A stretch of 64,000 nucleotides of DNA from Thermoplasmata archaeon (GCA_030038095.1 JASHPK010000027.1:23432-87431); one strand, 5' to 3'. Positions 25,926-35,102 are shown, counted from the stretch's first letter. A program made the numbers and translations. Notes: generated by a model not told the origin, from the letters alone.

Positions 25926-26537
25926 ATGCCGGAGAAGGTTTCGGGCGGCGCCCGTACGATGCCGAAGGTCGTTCCCGAGTACAAGACCCAGGCCCGCCAG
26001 CGGATCGTGGAGGCGGCCCAGCGGGTGTTCTCGCACCGCGGATTCAGCGGCTGGACCATGGACGACATCGCCGCGGAGGTCGGCGTCAGCAAGGGAGCCC
26101 TGTACCTCTACTTCGAAAACAAGACGGAACTTCTGAGGGCGATCCAGGAGGCGGGGCGCGAGACGATCGCCGTGCAGCTCGAACAGCTCGCGAACACGGC
26201 GGACATCCCGGAAGGCTTGGCGGCGGTCGTGGACCAGGCGTTCGGAGGAAGGCCCCAGAGCGGGGTCTGGTACGACCTCCTCGTCGAGGCTCAGAGCGAC
26301 TCGGGCCTCCGAGAGGCCCTGCGCGAGGACCAGGTCGAGGACGAGAACGCGGTGCGGTCCTTCCTATCCCAGCTCAAGTCGAAGGGGAGGCTCCCCGGCA
26401 CCCTCGACAACGAGACGAGGACGGTTCTCCTGATCTCGGTGCTCGAGCATGCCGCCATGGCCTATCTTCTGGGATTCGACCGACGCGCGGTTCGGCGGTC
26501 GCTGCTGAAGTCGCTGCGGACCGTGCTCGCGCTGTGA
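25926..26537 (+). CDS. TetR/AcrR-family transcriptional regulator
   Basis: ARQRIVEAAQRVFSHRGFSGWTMDDIAAEVGVSKGALYLYFENKTELL is the TetR HTH. Start is ATG 25926 or 25959. Confidence 0.9.
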   Translation: MPEKVSGGARTMPKVVPEYKTQARQRIVEAAQRVFSHRGFSGWTMDDIAAEVGVSKGALYLYFENKTELLRAIQEAGRETIAVQLEQLANTADIPEGLAAVVDQAFGGRPQSGVWYDLLVEAQSDSGLREALREDQVEDENAVRSFLSQLKSKGRLPGTLDNETRTVLLISVLEHAAMAYLLGFDRRAVRRSLLKSLRTVLAL

Positions 26538-26648
26538 GCGGGCTCTCCGCCACCCTCGGGCGGCTGCCGGATCCGGTGACGTTAGGGTAGGAGGACCACG
26601 ATCGGGGCGACGCGGGACTCAGCGGGGCGGCGTCCCACGGTTGGTGGG

Positions 26649-27686
26649 TCACATGGGCGAATCATAGACGGATTGGCCCCGGGCGCCGCTCCCATCGGGT
26701 CGCACGAGCCAGAGACCCAGGATGAGGGGGACGAGCGCACCTAAACTGAGATACCATCCGATCGAAGGACCCCAGGTCTCCGACACGTTCGCTCCGGACA
26801 CGACCGACCCCGGACAATCGGCGTCGGAACACGACCCGAAAAACGAAGTGCGAGGGGAGGGCCCGCTCGTCATGTTCCCGCCCATCCCGCTCGAACCCTC
26901 GGAGGCGATCGCGGCGGGCTGGTCGGCGGAGAGCAGGACCGGGGCGACCGCGAGGAGGCCGACCGCGAGCAGCGCGAAGAGTCGAGCCCCGTTCGAGCGG
27001 CGCCGGCCGCTCGCGAGGGCGAGGATCCCGGCCGCGACGCCCGCGAGGATGCTCCCGACCAGAAGAGCGACCACCGCGTCATAGAGGTCGCCGACATTCC
27101 CGAGGCCCTCCGCAGAGTACGAGTCCGTGCTGGAGGTGTTGTAGGACGAGCAGCCGCTCCAACCCTCGCAGAGGTCCGTGTATCGGACCTCGTTGACGGG
27201 ATAGAACGTCGCCGTGGCCGTGATTTGAAAGTGGGCCCCATCGATCGTTTCGGACGCCGTCGCACTCACGGCGTACCATCCGAGGAACACGCTGACGATC
27301 ACGAGAATGGCTCCGGCCAGCAGGAGAAGTCCTCCGGCGACCGATCGGCGCGGAGTTCGGGCGGACCGACGCGTACGGGACTGCGACCTGCGGTACTCTC
27401 GTTGCAGGGTGCCACCCGGGATGCTGAGCGGCTCGCCCTCGCCCCCGGGCCCGGTCGCCTCTCTCGGCTCCGGAACGAACGGCTCACGGCCGGTCTCGAG
27501 AGGCACTCCGCACTTCCAGCAGAAGGCGCCCGAGGCGTCGACGGCGGCGCCACAGTTCGAGCAGACCGGAATCGCGGGGGCCGACGGCACGACCTCGTGC
27601 AGCGGCGAGCCGCAGTGGCTGCAGTACGGCCACTCCGGTCGCACGACTGCCTGGCACCTCGGGCAGAGGCCCGGGCCCCCGGACAT
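26649..27686 (-). CDS. Double zinc-ribbon, multi-TM membrane protein (hypothetical)
   Basis: 345 aa. LCPRCQ...YCSHCG and VCSNCG...FCWKCG ribbons, then 4-5 TM segments with Ser/Gly-rich loops. Confidence 0.7.
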   Translation of the reverse strand: MSGGPGLCPRCQAVVRPEWPYCSHCGSPLHEVVPSAPAIPVCSNCGAAVDASGAFCWKCGVPLETGREPFVPEPREATGPGGEGEPLSIPGGTLQREYRRSQSRTRRSARTPRRSVAGGLLLLAGAILVIVSVFLGWYAVSATASETIDGAHFQITATATFYPVNEVRYTDLCEGWSGCSSYNTSSTDSYSAEGLGNVGDLYDAVVALLVGSILAGVAAGILALASGRRRSNGARLFALLAVGLLAVAPVLLSADQPAAIASEGSSGMGGNMTSGPSPRTSFFGSCSDADCPGSVVSGANVSETWGPSIGWYLSLGALVPLILGLWLVRPDGSGARGQSVYDSPM

Positions 27687-27841
27687 GCGGTCCCCGCGTC
27701 CTAGACGGGCGCCTTCTCGACATAAATCGAACGGCGGACCGGGCAGGCAGTCTGCCCCGCTCCGTCTCCTCCAGTTCGCCTCCCTCCGGAGGCGTGGACA
27801 CGTTTAATTCCACCCGCCCTTAGAGGACGGAACAGCTACCG

Positions 27842-28276
27842 ATGGACGTCGACACCGAGATCCCGGCGATGGTGCACGCCTACCTCGACGCATGGAACCA
27901 GCACGACCCGGACAAGTTCGCGGCCCTCTTCGCCGACGACGCCGACTCCACTACGGCCCAAGGTGCGACGACGCACGGGCGCTCGGCCGTCCACGATCTG
28001 TACAAGAAGATGTTCCAGGGGCGCTTCCGCAGCAGCCACCGGGCCGCGGAGGCTCCGAGGATTCGCCCGCTGACTCCGGAGCTGGTGGCGGTCGACGTAC
28101 CGATGCGGCTGGGCGGCGTGACCGGCCCAGACGGTAACCCCCGCCCCGATCGACCGGTCCTCGCGACATGGATCGTGCAGCATGGCCCCGCCGGCTGGGC
28201 CATCGTCGTCGCGCACGAGTCGAACCTCCCGAACCCGGGTGCGGGCTCGGGCGGTCAGTCCGCGGATTCTGGCTGA
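27842..28276 (+). CDS. SnoaL/NTF2-like (DUF4440-type) protein
   Basis: 144 aa. MVHAYLDAWNQHDPDKFAALFADDAD...GRSAV...WIVQHGPAGWAIVVAHESN. Confidence 0.75.
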   Translation: MDVDTEIPAMVHAYLDAWNQHDPDKFAALFADDADSTTAQGATTHGRSAVHDLYKKMFQGRFRSSHRAAEAPRIRPLTPELVAVDVPMRLGGVTGPDGNPRPDRPVLATWIVQHGPAGWAIVVAHESNLPNPGAGSGGQSADSG

Positions 28277-28308
28277 AGGATCCGGTTCCCCCGGGTTCCC
28301 CGACGCGG

Positions 28309-29772
28309 TCAGCCCGATACCAGCACGTGGACCGCCTGGTCGATGAGTCGGCCGGGCACCCCCCGGCCTTCCAGGAAGGCCCGGGCGCCGCCTCGCGATC
28401 GAAGCCCGGCGAGGAACGTTTCGATGTACTCTCGCTTCACGTGGGAGGAGGTGATCAGGTAATCCTCGATCACGTCCTCGTCGGAGGCGCCGGCGAGCGA
28501 GAGGAGCGTCGCGACGAGGATCCCGGTCCGATCGGCTCCCGCGTAGCAGTGGACCACCATGGGCAAGGTCTCCGAACCGGAGATCTCGGCCAGGAAGCGC
28601 TCCATCCACGACGGAAAGCTCGGATCGTCGAGGATTCGGCCGTAGAGGGAACGCAACCGCTCCACCTCGTTCGCCCCTGGGGCGTACGGGGTAGAGGGCC
28701 AGACCGGGATCCGGACGTACCGAAAACCGTCCAGCGCCCCGGGAGCATACCGGCGGGAGGCCAGCTCCTCGTCGGTCCGCAGATCGACCACGGTGCGAAT
28801 GCCCTCGCTTCTCAAGAACCGATTCAGGACCTCGGCCGGGTAGCGGTCCAGGCGTGCGGCCCGGTAGAGCCGGTGAGGGCGCAAGCCTCCTCGTCCTCCG
28901 AGGTCCCGCCAGCGGAGGAGGGGCGGGTACCGTCGACGGACGTATTCCCGGATCGCTCGCGCGGTGTCGAGGGTGGGGGGACTCGACGAGGGACGATCTG
29001 CGAGCGCCGTTTCGAACAGGTCGAACATGAGCTCCTTGCGCAGGAGCAGAGGGGTCAGGTCGTGGACCCACTCGGGAGCGCAGGTGTCGAACCGCTTCCT
29101 CAGCTGAGGATCGACCGCGTCCAGGGCGTCCAACAGGCGGCCCCGAGGATCGATCGGCGCCCTCACCCCGTAGACTTGGTTGAGGAACTCCCCGAGCTCG
29201 TGGAAGGCCACGGTATAGCGGAAGTAGGCTTCGAGGTGGTCGGTCCGGTGGAAGGCGGGATGGAACGACTCGTAGGCGTACAGGAACGCGCTCGCGCCCT
29301 TCGCCGAGCGGTCGGCCCCCGCTGAGAACCGGACCGGACTCGGGTCCGCCTCGAGCCGGACCCGAGCGGCAGCATCCTTCGCGAAGAGTACTCGCGGGAG
29401 AAGGTCCGGTGGTCCTCGGGCGCCGGGGGCCTCGATCGGACCCGGGGCGTCGGCGCTCGAAACGAACGTCAACTCCACCTTCGTCGGCGGTTCGCGAGTG
29501 TAGAGGACGATTCTCTCCTCCAGGTCCAGACGAGCGACGGCTTCAAGCTCGGAGGCGAGGGAGCCGATCAGGGATTCCATCTCAGCTCCGGCCGTGGGAA
29601 GCAGCAGCAGATCCAGGTCTGAGAAGTGGTCCGAAGGACTGCCGGGCCGGCTCGGGGCCACCGCGACGGCCCGGACACCCGGGGTTCGCGCGGTCCACGA
29701 GGAGACGACCGCAACCACCCGCTGCAGGCGGCGAGACAACGCGGCGGAGTGCGACGCGCCGACCGATCCCAC
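28309..29772 (-). CDS. Fusion protein: N-terminal Pol-beta-type nucleotidyltransferase plus helical domain, C-terminal Cys-X5-Arg protein-tyrosine-phosphatase-like domain
   Basis: 487 aa. GTG start preceded by GGAGGGAGGGAG. NTase motif PGSPSDHFSDLDLLLL. C-terminal NxRDLGG-like WRDLGG...LYRAARLD and active-site HCYAGADRTG. Confidence 0.75.
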   Translation of the reverse strand: MGSVGASHSAALSRRLQRVVAVVSSWTARTPGVRAVAVAPSRPGSPSDHFSDLDLLLLPTAGAEMESLIGSLASELEAVARLDLEERIVLYTREPPTKVELTFVSSADAPGPIEAPGARGPPDLLPRVLFAKDAAARVRLEADPSPVRFSAGADRSAKGASAFLYAYESFHPAFHRTDHLEAYFRYTVAFHELGEFLNQVYGVRAPIDPRGRLLDALDAVDPQLRKRFDTCAPEWVHDLTPLLLRKELMFDLFETALADRPSSSPPTLDTARAIREYVRRRYPPLLRWRDLGGRGGLRPHRLYRAARLDRYPAEVLNRFLRSEGIRTVVDLRTDEELASRRYAPGALDGFRYVRIPVWPSTPYAPGANEVERLRSLYGRILDDPSFPSWMERFLAEISGSETLPMVVHCYAGADRTGILVATLLSLAGASDEDVIEDYLITSSHVKREYIETFLAGLRSRGGARAFLEGRGVPGRLIDQAVHVLVSG

Positions 29773-30308
29773 CAGACTCCCTCCCTCCTATCGCGACTGT
29801 CGATCCCAGACTCGCCCCGGTGAGTTGGTCCACTCGCCGCGAGTTTATCTCGTTCCGGCCGACGGCCACCCGTCCCGGATCGAGGGGAGCCTCTTCCGAA
29901 CTCCATCGGAGACTCCCCTCGACCCTCCCATCCCGTGGTGCGTGGTGGGGTGGGGTATCGGTGTCCCCCCAACGCGTCGCCAGGCCCAGACTAAGGCCTC
30001 GAGGTAGACCGCCGCCGCCGCACCTCCCCATGGGGCAGGTCAGGAATCGAGAGGGCCATTGCGATCGGTAGCCCGAGGAACGAGGTGAACCTCGTGAGGA
30101 ACTCCAGGCAAGGGGTCCCGATAGCGAGAGAAGCGATGGCCCTCGCGCGGCCCACGAGCTTCGGACGTCTGAGGTCGCCCAGGTGGATATGGGAGGTCGG
30201 CCGTCCGCTTGACCCGAGGGTCTTCGGTCTCGCCCGGGGCGGGCCGGCGGGGATCGAACCGGCCCCCCGTCAATCTCATGACGAGGCCGGTCTCCGCCCG
30301 AGCCGGCC

Positions 30309-30596
30309 ATGCTCGCATCGTGGACCGTAACGCTCGTCGGCTCCGCCGCCGCAGTCTGCACCACCGTCGCCTTCCTCCCCCAACTCCTCCGGGTCTGGCG
30401 ACTCCGACGCGCCGAAGAGATCTCGACCACGACCTTCGCCCTGTTCTCCGCCGGCACTCTGCTGTGGTTCTTCTACGGGATTTTCCTTCAGGCGTGGCCG
30501 ATCATCCTCGCGAACGGGTTCACCCTGGTGCTGGCCGGAGCCATCTTGACCCTTCGGCTGGCGTGGGGAGACGCCCCGCGACCCCGCGTCGGCTGA
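30309..30596 (+). CDS. SemiSWEET / PQ-loop (MtN3) family 3-TM sugar transporter
   Basis: 95 aa, three TM helices, PQ motif in AFLPQLLRVWRLRRAEEIS. Confidence 0.8.
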   Translation: MLASWTVTLVGSAAAVCTTVAFLPQLLRVWRLRRAEEISTTTFALFSAGTLLWFFYGIFLQAWPIILANGFTLVLAGAILTLRLAWGDAPRPRVG

Positions 30597-30659
30597 ACCT
30601 GCTTCGCCCCGCTGCGGTCCGCGCCAAGCCCAAATCGCCGACCGACATCTCTCCCCCGG

Positions 30660-31217
30660 ATGCCCCGGGATGGAGCGACACCGTCGACAGACTCCTCGAC
30701 GGCCGCGGACCCGGCCGCCCTTCGGGTCGTCCGGCTGCTCGACGGCGAGCGGGTCCTGCGGACCTGGAAGACCCCCCTCGGGCTCCTCGTGATGACCAAC
30801 CTTCGCTGCCTCGAGATCCTGCACCGAGTCCCGCTGTTCGGCCCGGGGGGCTGGGAGATCGGCCCCAGCTTCCTCTTCTACAATCTCGCGCCCCCCGCGG
30901 TCGTACTGAACCGGTACGTGCGACTCTCGGAGAACTACGAACGCCATCCGATGGTGACGCACCTGTTCGTGCGAGATCCGTCCGGGGTGGCCCGCGAGAT
31001 CGAGCAAGCCCGTCGGGCCGGCGAGGAGGAGTGGCTCCGTCGACGGGCCCAAGCCGAGCGAGCGTTCCGCCTCTCCCGACAACGCTGGCAGACGGCGGAT
31101 CGGGTCGTCATCAACACGGGTCAAGGGGAGCTCGTCGAGGTCCGCTGCTCGTACTGCGGGAATCTCATCGATGTCCGCGCTTCGCGTTGCCCCTCGTGCG
31201 GGGCGCCGCAAGGTTAG
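30660..31217 (+). CDS. Hypothetical protein with C-terminal zinc ribbon (N-terminal region weakly PH/GRAM-like)
   Basis: 185 aa. ERVLRTWKTPLGLLVMTNLRCLEI..., C-terminal RCSYCGNLIDVRASRCPSCG. Confidence 0.6.
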   Translation: MPRDGATPSTDSSTAADPAALRVVRLLDGERVLRTWKTPLGLLVMTNLRCLEILHRVPLFGPGGWEIGPSFLFYNLAPPAVVLNRYVRLSENYERHPMVTHLFVRDPSGVAREIEQARRAGEEEWLRRRAQAERAFRLSRQRWQTADRVVINTGQGELVEVRCSYCGNLIDVRASRCPSCGAPQG

Positions 31218-31280
31218 GGCGTCCTCGCCGCCGAGGGCGGCTCCCGTGGAAGTTCGTCCGGCCCGCGGCAGCCGAGCGGC

Positions 31281-31781
31281 TCAGCCCTCGAGCGGCCCGG
31301 CCCCGGACGGGCCGACCCGTTTCACCAAGGTGAGGTGAGCCGGGACGAAACCGAGCTTCCGGTAGAGCGCCATCGCGTCGGGATTGTCGGCCCAGACCTC
31401 GAGGACGATCCGGGGGGCGCCGAGCCGCGACGCCTCCTCCTCGAGCCGCTGGAGGGCCGCCGTGGCGTACCCGCGTCGGCGATGCTCCGGTTCGACCCAG
31501 ATCCACTGAACCCAGAAGTGGACCTGGCCTCCCTCTACAGTCGAGCTGTACCAGGTCTCTCCCACTCGGAGCTGCTTCGTCTCATCGACGATGTGGCAGA
31601 AGCGCTGCCCGGGCGTCCCCAGGCCTTCGGGAAGTTGGCGGGCATACGCTTGACGGCTCGCCTCGAGCGACGCCTCGGCCGTCCAGATCCCGCGGGCCGC
31701 GAACCGCTCGGCCCGGCGGGGAATCGCACGGGCGAGGTAGCGCTCGAAATCGGCTTCCTCCATCGGCTGCAGCCGGACCAT
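31281..31781 (-). CDS. GNAT-family N-acetyltransferase
   Basis: 166 aa. IWVEPEHRRRGYATAALQRLEEEA (acetyl-CoA motif A), ...AMALYRKLGF. Confidence 0.88.
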   Translation of the reverse strand: MVRLQPMEEADFERYLARAIPRRAERFAARGIWTAEASLEASRQAYARQLPEGLGTPGQRFCHIVDETKQLRVGETWYSSTVEGGQVHFWVQWIWVEPEHRRRGYATAALQRLEEEASRLGAPRIVLEVWADNPDAMALYRKLGFVPAHLTLVKRVGPSGAGPLEG

Positions 31782-31899
31782 CGCGCACGCGAACCACGGC
31801 GGATTAAATGGGCTGACCTAGAGCCCCGGAGGTGGCCGGCGGATCCCGTACGGCCCCCAGCCGTCCAGGGGGCTCCACCCCGTCGTCTAACGAGCCAAT

Positions 31900-33030
31900 C
31901 TACGGGGAACCTTCCCGGAGTCCCGTCCGCGATCCGGATCGCCCGAGAATCCGCTCCCGCGCCCGAACCGACGCATTGGCGGGGCAGGGTGTCAATGGCG
32001 CCGACGTGATCGTCGTCGGGACGCTGGGTTGGCCCCAGTCCGACGCGAAGACGGACTCGAGCCGAGCGAGGAGGGCCGGCTCCGATACGAGGATCCCGCA
32101 CTCCCGGTTATCGTTGAGCGAGACGCAGGAAAGGTTCTCCGATCCGACGAACGCGTGAGCGGCGGACGTTCCGAAGTCCGCCACGATTGCTTTCGCGTGG
32201 ACGTAGAGCGGAGCGGATCCGGAGGGGGTTGGGAATGGAATCGACTTGCACACGGCGTCCACGCCCCCCGCCGTGAGAAATCCGATCCCGGGCGCGTTCC
32301 CGTTCGGCGAGCCCCCCGACGCAAGCACCGCGGCGATCAGGCGCACCCGTACGCCCCGCCGAGCCGCGGCCACGAGGGTCCCGAGAGTACCCGGGTCGCT
32401 GAGCTCTTCGAAGTAGACCTCGAGGGTGTGCTGGGCATTCGCGATCAACTGGGTCAGCTTCTCCCGGGCATTGATCGGACTCCAGACGAGCGTCGGCGCC
32501 GCCGAGGTCGCGGTCGCTCCGCTCCAGTCGGACTCAAAGACCTCGGCCACCTCGGTCACCTCCGCCGGGACGGAGGAGATCACGCCGAAGTCCCGCGTGC
32601 TCCCGAAGTACTCCGGGGTCAGGTTGAACGACTGAACGATCGCAACCGAGCCATCGACGGTGAACGCCTTCGCATGCGTCACCTCGAACGCTCGGGGGGC
32701 GGGACGGCAGGCGATGCCGGCCCGGATCATCTGCTGGATCGTCGGCGAAACGAGCCGTTCCTGTTCTTCGGAGGAGAACGAGTACCAGTTGTAGAGGACC
32801 CGCACCGTAGCGGCCCGACCTTCGGCCGCGATCAACGCCTCCACGATCTCGGTGTCGTTCAACTCATAGATGGTGAGGTCGATCGAACGCGAGGCCGAGC
32901 CGATCGTCGAGAGGACCGCCGTTCGCCCGTCATCGGGCTCCACGATGAGGGAGTGACCGGGCTCGGGACCGGGGAAAGTGGCACCGGCCCCGGGGAAGGC
33001 TCGCGCACCGCTCGACGCTCGGGACTCCAC
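31900..33030 (-). CDS. Phospholipase D-superfamily protein with two HKD motifs
   Basis: 376 aa. THAKAFTVDGSVAIVQSFNL and VHAKAIVADFGTSAAHAFVGSENL (HxK-x4-D-x6-G/S-x-N). Confidence 0.88.
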   Translation of the reverse strand: MESRASSGARAFPGAGATFPGPEPGHSLIVEPDDGRTAVLSTIGSASRSIDLTIYELNDTEIVEALIAAEGRAATVRVLYNWYSFSSEEQERLVSPTIQQMIRAGIACRPAPRAFEVTHAKAFTVDGSVAIVQSFNLTPEYFGSTRDFGVISSVPAEVTEVAEVFESDWSGATATSAAPTLVWSPINAREKLTQLIANAQHTLEVYFEELSDPGTLGTLVAAARRGVRVRLIAAVLASGGSPNGNAPGIGFLTAGGVDAVCKSIPFPTPSGSAPLYVHAKAIVADFGTSAAHAFVGSENLSCVSLNDNRECGILVSEPALLARLESVFASDWGQPSVPTTITSAPLTPCPANASVRARERILGRSGSRTGLREGSP

Positions 33031-33172
33031 GATCTCCCAGGAACCACGGTATCAAACCATTTGGCAGGGTCGGCCTTCCGTGCGGAGGAATCGGCCGGAG
33101 TCGGGCCCGACGCGATTCTCGGACCGATCCGACACATCGAAGGGAAATAGGTCGGCCGGTTCGGAACCCCGG

Positions 33173-33520
33173 ATGAACCCGGCCGCGCGTTCGCTCTTGT
33201 GGTACCTCCTCGCGGGCACGCGCGGCGGTCCGAATCGAATCCGCATCCTCGAAGAGTTGCACGATCGCCCGCACAACGCGAACCAACTCGCCGCGGAGCT
33301 CGACATGGACTACCGGACGGTCCGCCACCACCTCCGACTCCTCGAATCCAATGGCCTCATCGTCCGGCCGGTCGGCCGGGCCTACGCGTCGCCCTACGAA
33401 CTCTCCTTCGACCTCTCGCTCCACTTCGAGGAGATCGCGGCGGTGCGGGAGGGCGTGGCTCGAGGCCGGCACCGCCCCGCTCGGCCGACCTCCCCGGGGA
33501 GCGGGAGGCTCACCCTATGA
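33173..33520 (+). CDS. ArsR-like winged-helix transcriptional regulator (cassette copy 2)
   Basis: 115 aa from ATG 33173. RIRILEELHDRPHNANQLAAELDMDYRTVRHHLRLLESNGLI. Paralog of 9605-9892. Confidence 0.8.
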   Translation: MNPAARSLLWYLLAGTRGGPNRIRILEELHDRPHNANQLAAELDMDYRTVRHHLRLLESNGLIVRPVGRAYASPYELSFDLSLHFEEIAAVREGVARGRHRPARPTSPGSGRLTL

Positions 33521-33804
33521 GCGCCGTCTGGATGGACGCCAGCGTCATCATCGGCGTGATCAACATCGGCCTCACGGGGGCGCTCTTCGCGCTCTACCGC
33601 CGCATCTACGCACAAACGAAGGCCGCGTTCAGTCTCGGTCTCGTCCTCTTCGCCGGCGCCTTCGTGATTCAGAACCTGTTCGTCGTCTACTCCTACCTCG
33701 AGACGATGCCCCTCATCCCGGGAACGCTCAGCCCGTATCTGTTCGCGATCGGGATCTCCGAGGCCGTAGGGCTCGCCGCGATCCTCTGGACTGCCGTGCG
33801 CTGA
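33517..33804 (+). CDS. Small 3-TM membrane protein (cassette copy 2 partner)
   Basis: 95 aa. The ATG overlaps the regulator stop (ATGA at 33517-33520). Paralog of 9902-10339. Confidence 0.75.
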   Translation: MSAVWMDASVIIGVINIGLTGALFALYRRIYAQTKAAFSLGLVLFAGAFVIQNLFVVYSYLETMPLIPGTLSPYLFAIGISEAVGLAAILWTAVR

Positions 33805-33943
33805 GGGGACGATCGACCGCTCCGTCGCCCGTTCCGCCCACCCGGGGGGAAGACCGGGCCGGATTCGGGTGCAATTCGGGTGAGATTGGTCACGAATTCT
33901 GTGCGAGGCGGAAGTATCCCGGACCAGTTCCGAGCTGCTGACC

Positions 33944-35065
33944 ATGAGAGCCGTCGGATTCGCCATCCTTGGCGCCGCGCTGGCCTTCGCCGTGATCGCC
34001 GCCCCGAGTCTCGCAGGCCCGGTCGGAAGCCCTTCGGGGCCCCTCCCGGCTGTGTTCACGATGACGAACTCCGCCTCGGGCAACCAGATCGTAGAGTTCG
34101 AGCGCGCGACCTCGGGCACGCTCACCTGGGTCGCGAACTTCTCGACCGGGGGGACCGGTACCGGCGCGAGCCTCGCGGACCAGGGCAGCCTCGCCCTGAC
34201 CTCGAACCACCAGTGGCTCCTCGTGGTCGACGCGGGCTCGAACCAGGTCTCCGTGCTCAAGGTCGGACAGAGCGGCGGCCAGCCCTGGCTCACGCTGACC
34301 GACGTCGTCGGCTCGGGCGGCCTTCTGCCCGTGAGCATCGCGATCCACGACGATCTCGTGTTCGTCCTCAACGACGGGTCCTCGATCAGCCAGGGAGACA
34401 TCGCCGGCTTCACGCTCGCGTCGAACGGGCACCTCCACCCGATCGCCGGATCGACGCAGGCGCTCAGCACCTCGGGAGCGACGGGAGCGGCGCAGATCTC
34501 GTTCAACCCCGCCGGGACCCTCCTCGCGGTCACCGAGAAGACGACGAGCCTGATCGATGTCTATGCCGTGAGCTCCAGCGGCGTCACGCATCCCGCCATC
34601 TCGCACGCCTCCCAGGGATCGACGCCGTACGGGTTCGCCTTCTCCCCGAGCGGCACCCTGGTCGTGAGCGAGGCCGGACCGGGGAGCCTCTCGTCGTACT
34701 CGGTCGGCCCCCACGGCTTCTGGCACGTGGACTCGAGCTCCGTGACCGACTTCCAGGGAGCCCCGTGCTGGGTCGTCGTCTCGCTGAACGGAGCGTACGC
34801 GTACACGACCAACGCCCACAGCAACACGATCTCGAGCTACACGATCGGCCCCGGCGGCCGTCTGACCCTGCTCCAGGCGGTCGCGGCCTCGACCGGCGCG
34901 ACTCCGACCGACGAGGCGCTTACGTCGGGAGGCCACCTCCTCTACGTCTACGACGCGGGATCGGGCCAGATCGAGGGCTTTGGGGTGCACTCCGACGGGA
35001 CCCTCGTGTGGGAGACGACCGTGGGCGGCCTAGTGCCCACCGCGGAAGGACTGGTCGCGATCTGA
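33944..35065 (+). CDS. Secreted 7-bladed beta-propeller, lactonase (6-phosphogluconolactonase-like) family
   Basis: 373 aa. Signal peptide MRAVGFAILGAALAFAVIAAPSLAG. Repeated ...N.IS.Y.I...G.L... blades (NQIVEFERATSGTL, NQVSVLKV, NTISSYTIGPGGRL, GQIEGFGVHSDGTL). Confidence 0.75.
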   Translation: MRAVGFAILGAALAFAVIAAPSLAGPVGSPSGPLPAVFTMTNSASGNQIVEFERATSGTLTWVANFSTGGTGTGASLADQGSLALTSNHQWLLVVDAGSNQVSVLKVGQSGGQPWLTLTDVVGSGGLLPVSIAIHDDLVFVLNDGSSISQGDIAGFTLASNGHLHPIAGSTQALSTSGATGAAQISFNPAGTLLAVTEKTTSLIDVYAVSSSGVTHPAISHASQGSTPYGFAFSPSGTLVVSEAGPGSLSSYSVGPHGFWHVDSSSVTDFQGAPCWVVVSLNGAYAYTTNAHSNTISSYTIGPGGRLTLLQAVAASTGATPTDEALTSGGHLLYVYDAGSGQIEGFGVHSDGTLVWETTVGGLVPTAEGLVAI

Positions 35066-35102
35066 ACCCTTTCCCTCCCGGGGGGACCTCCCCCCGGGAC
35101 CC

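Noticed and set aside
30241-30308. Possible tRNA gene (GGTTCGATCC T-loop-like motif, 7-bp acceptor-like pairing) on the minus strand
   Set aside because: It cannot be folded into a cloverleaf. It is only ~63-70 nt between acceptor halves, has no D-arm, the T-stem does not pair around a 7-nt loop, and the would-be anticodon loop is 8 nt. It is kept only as a fragment or structured-RNA curiosity in the findings.
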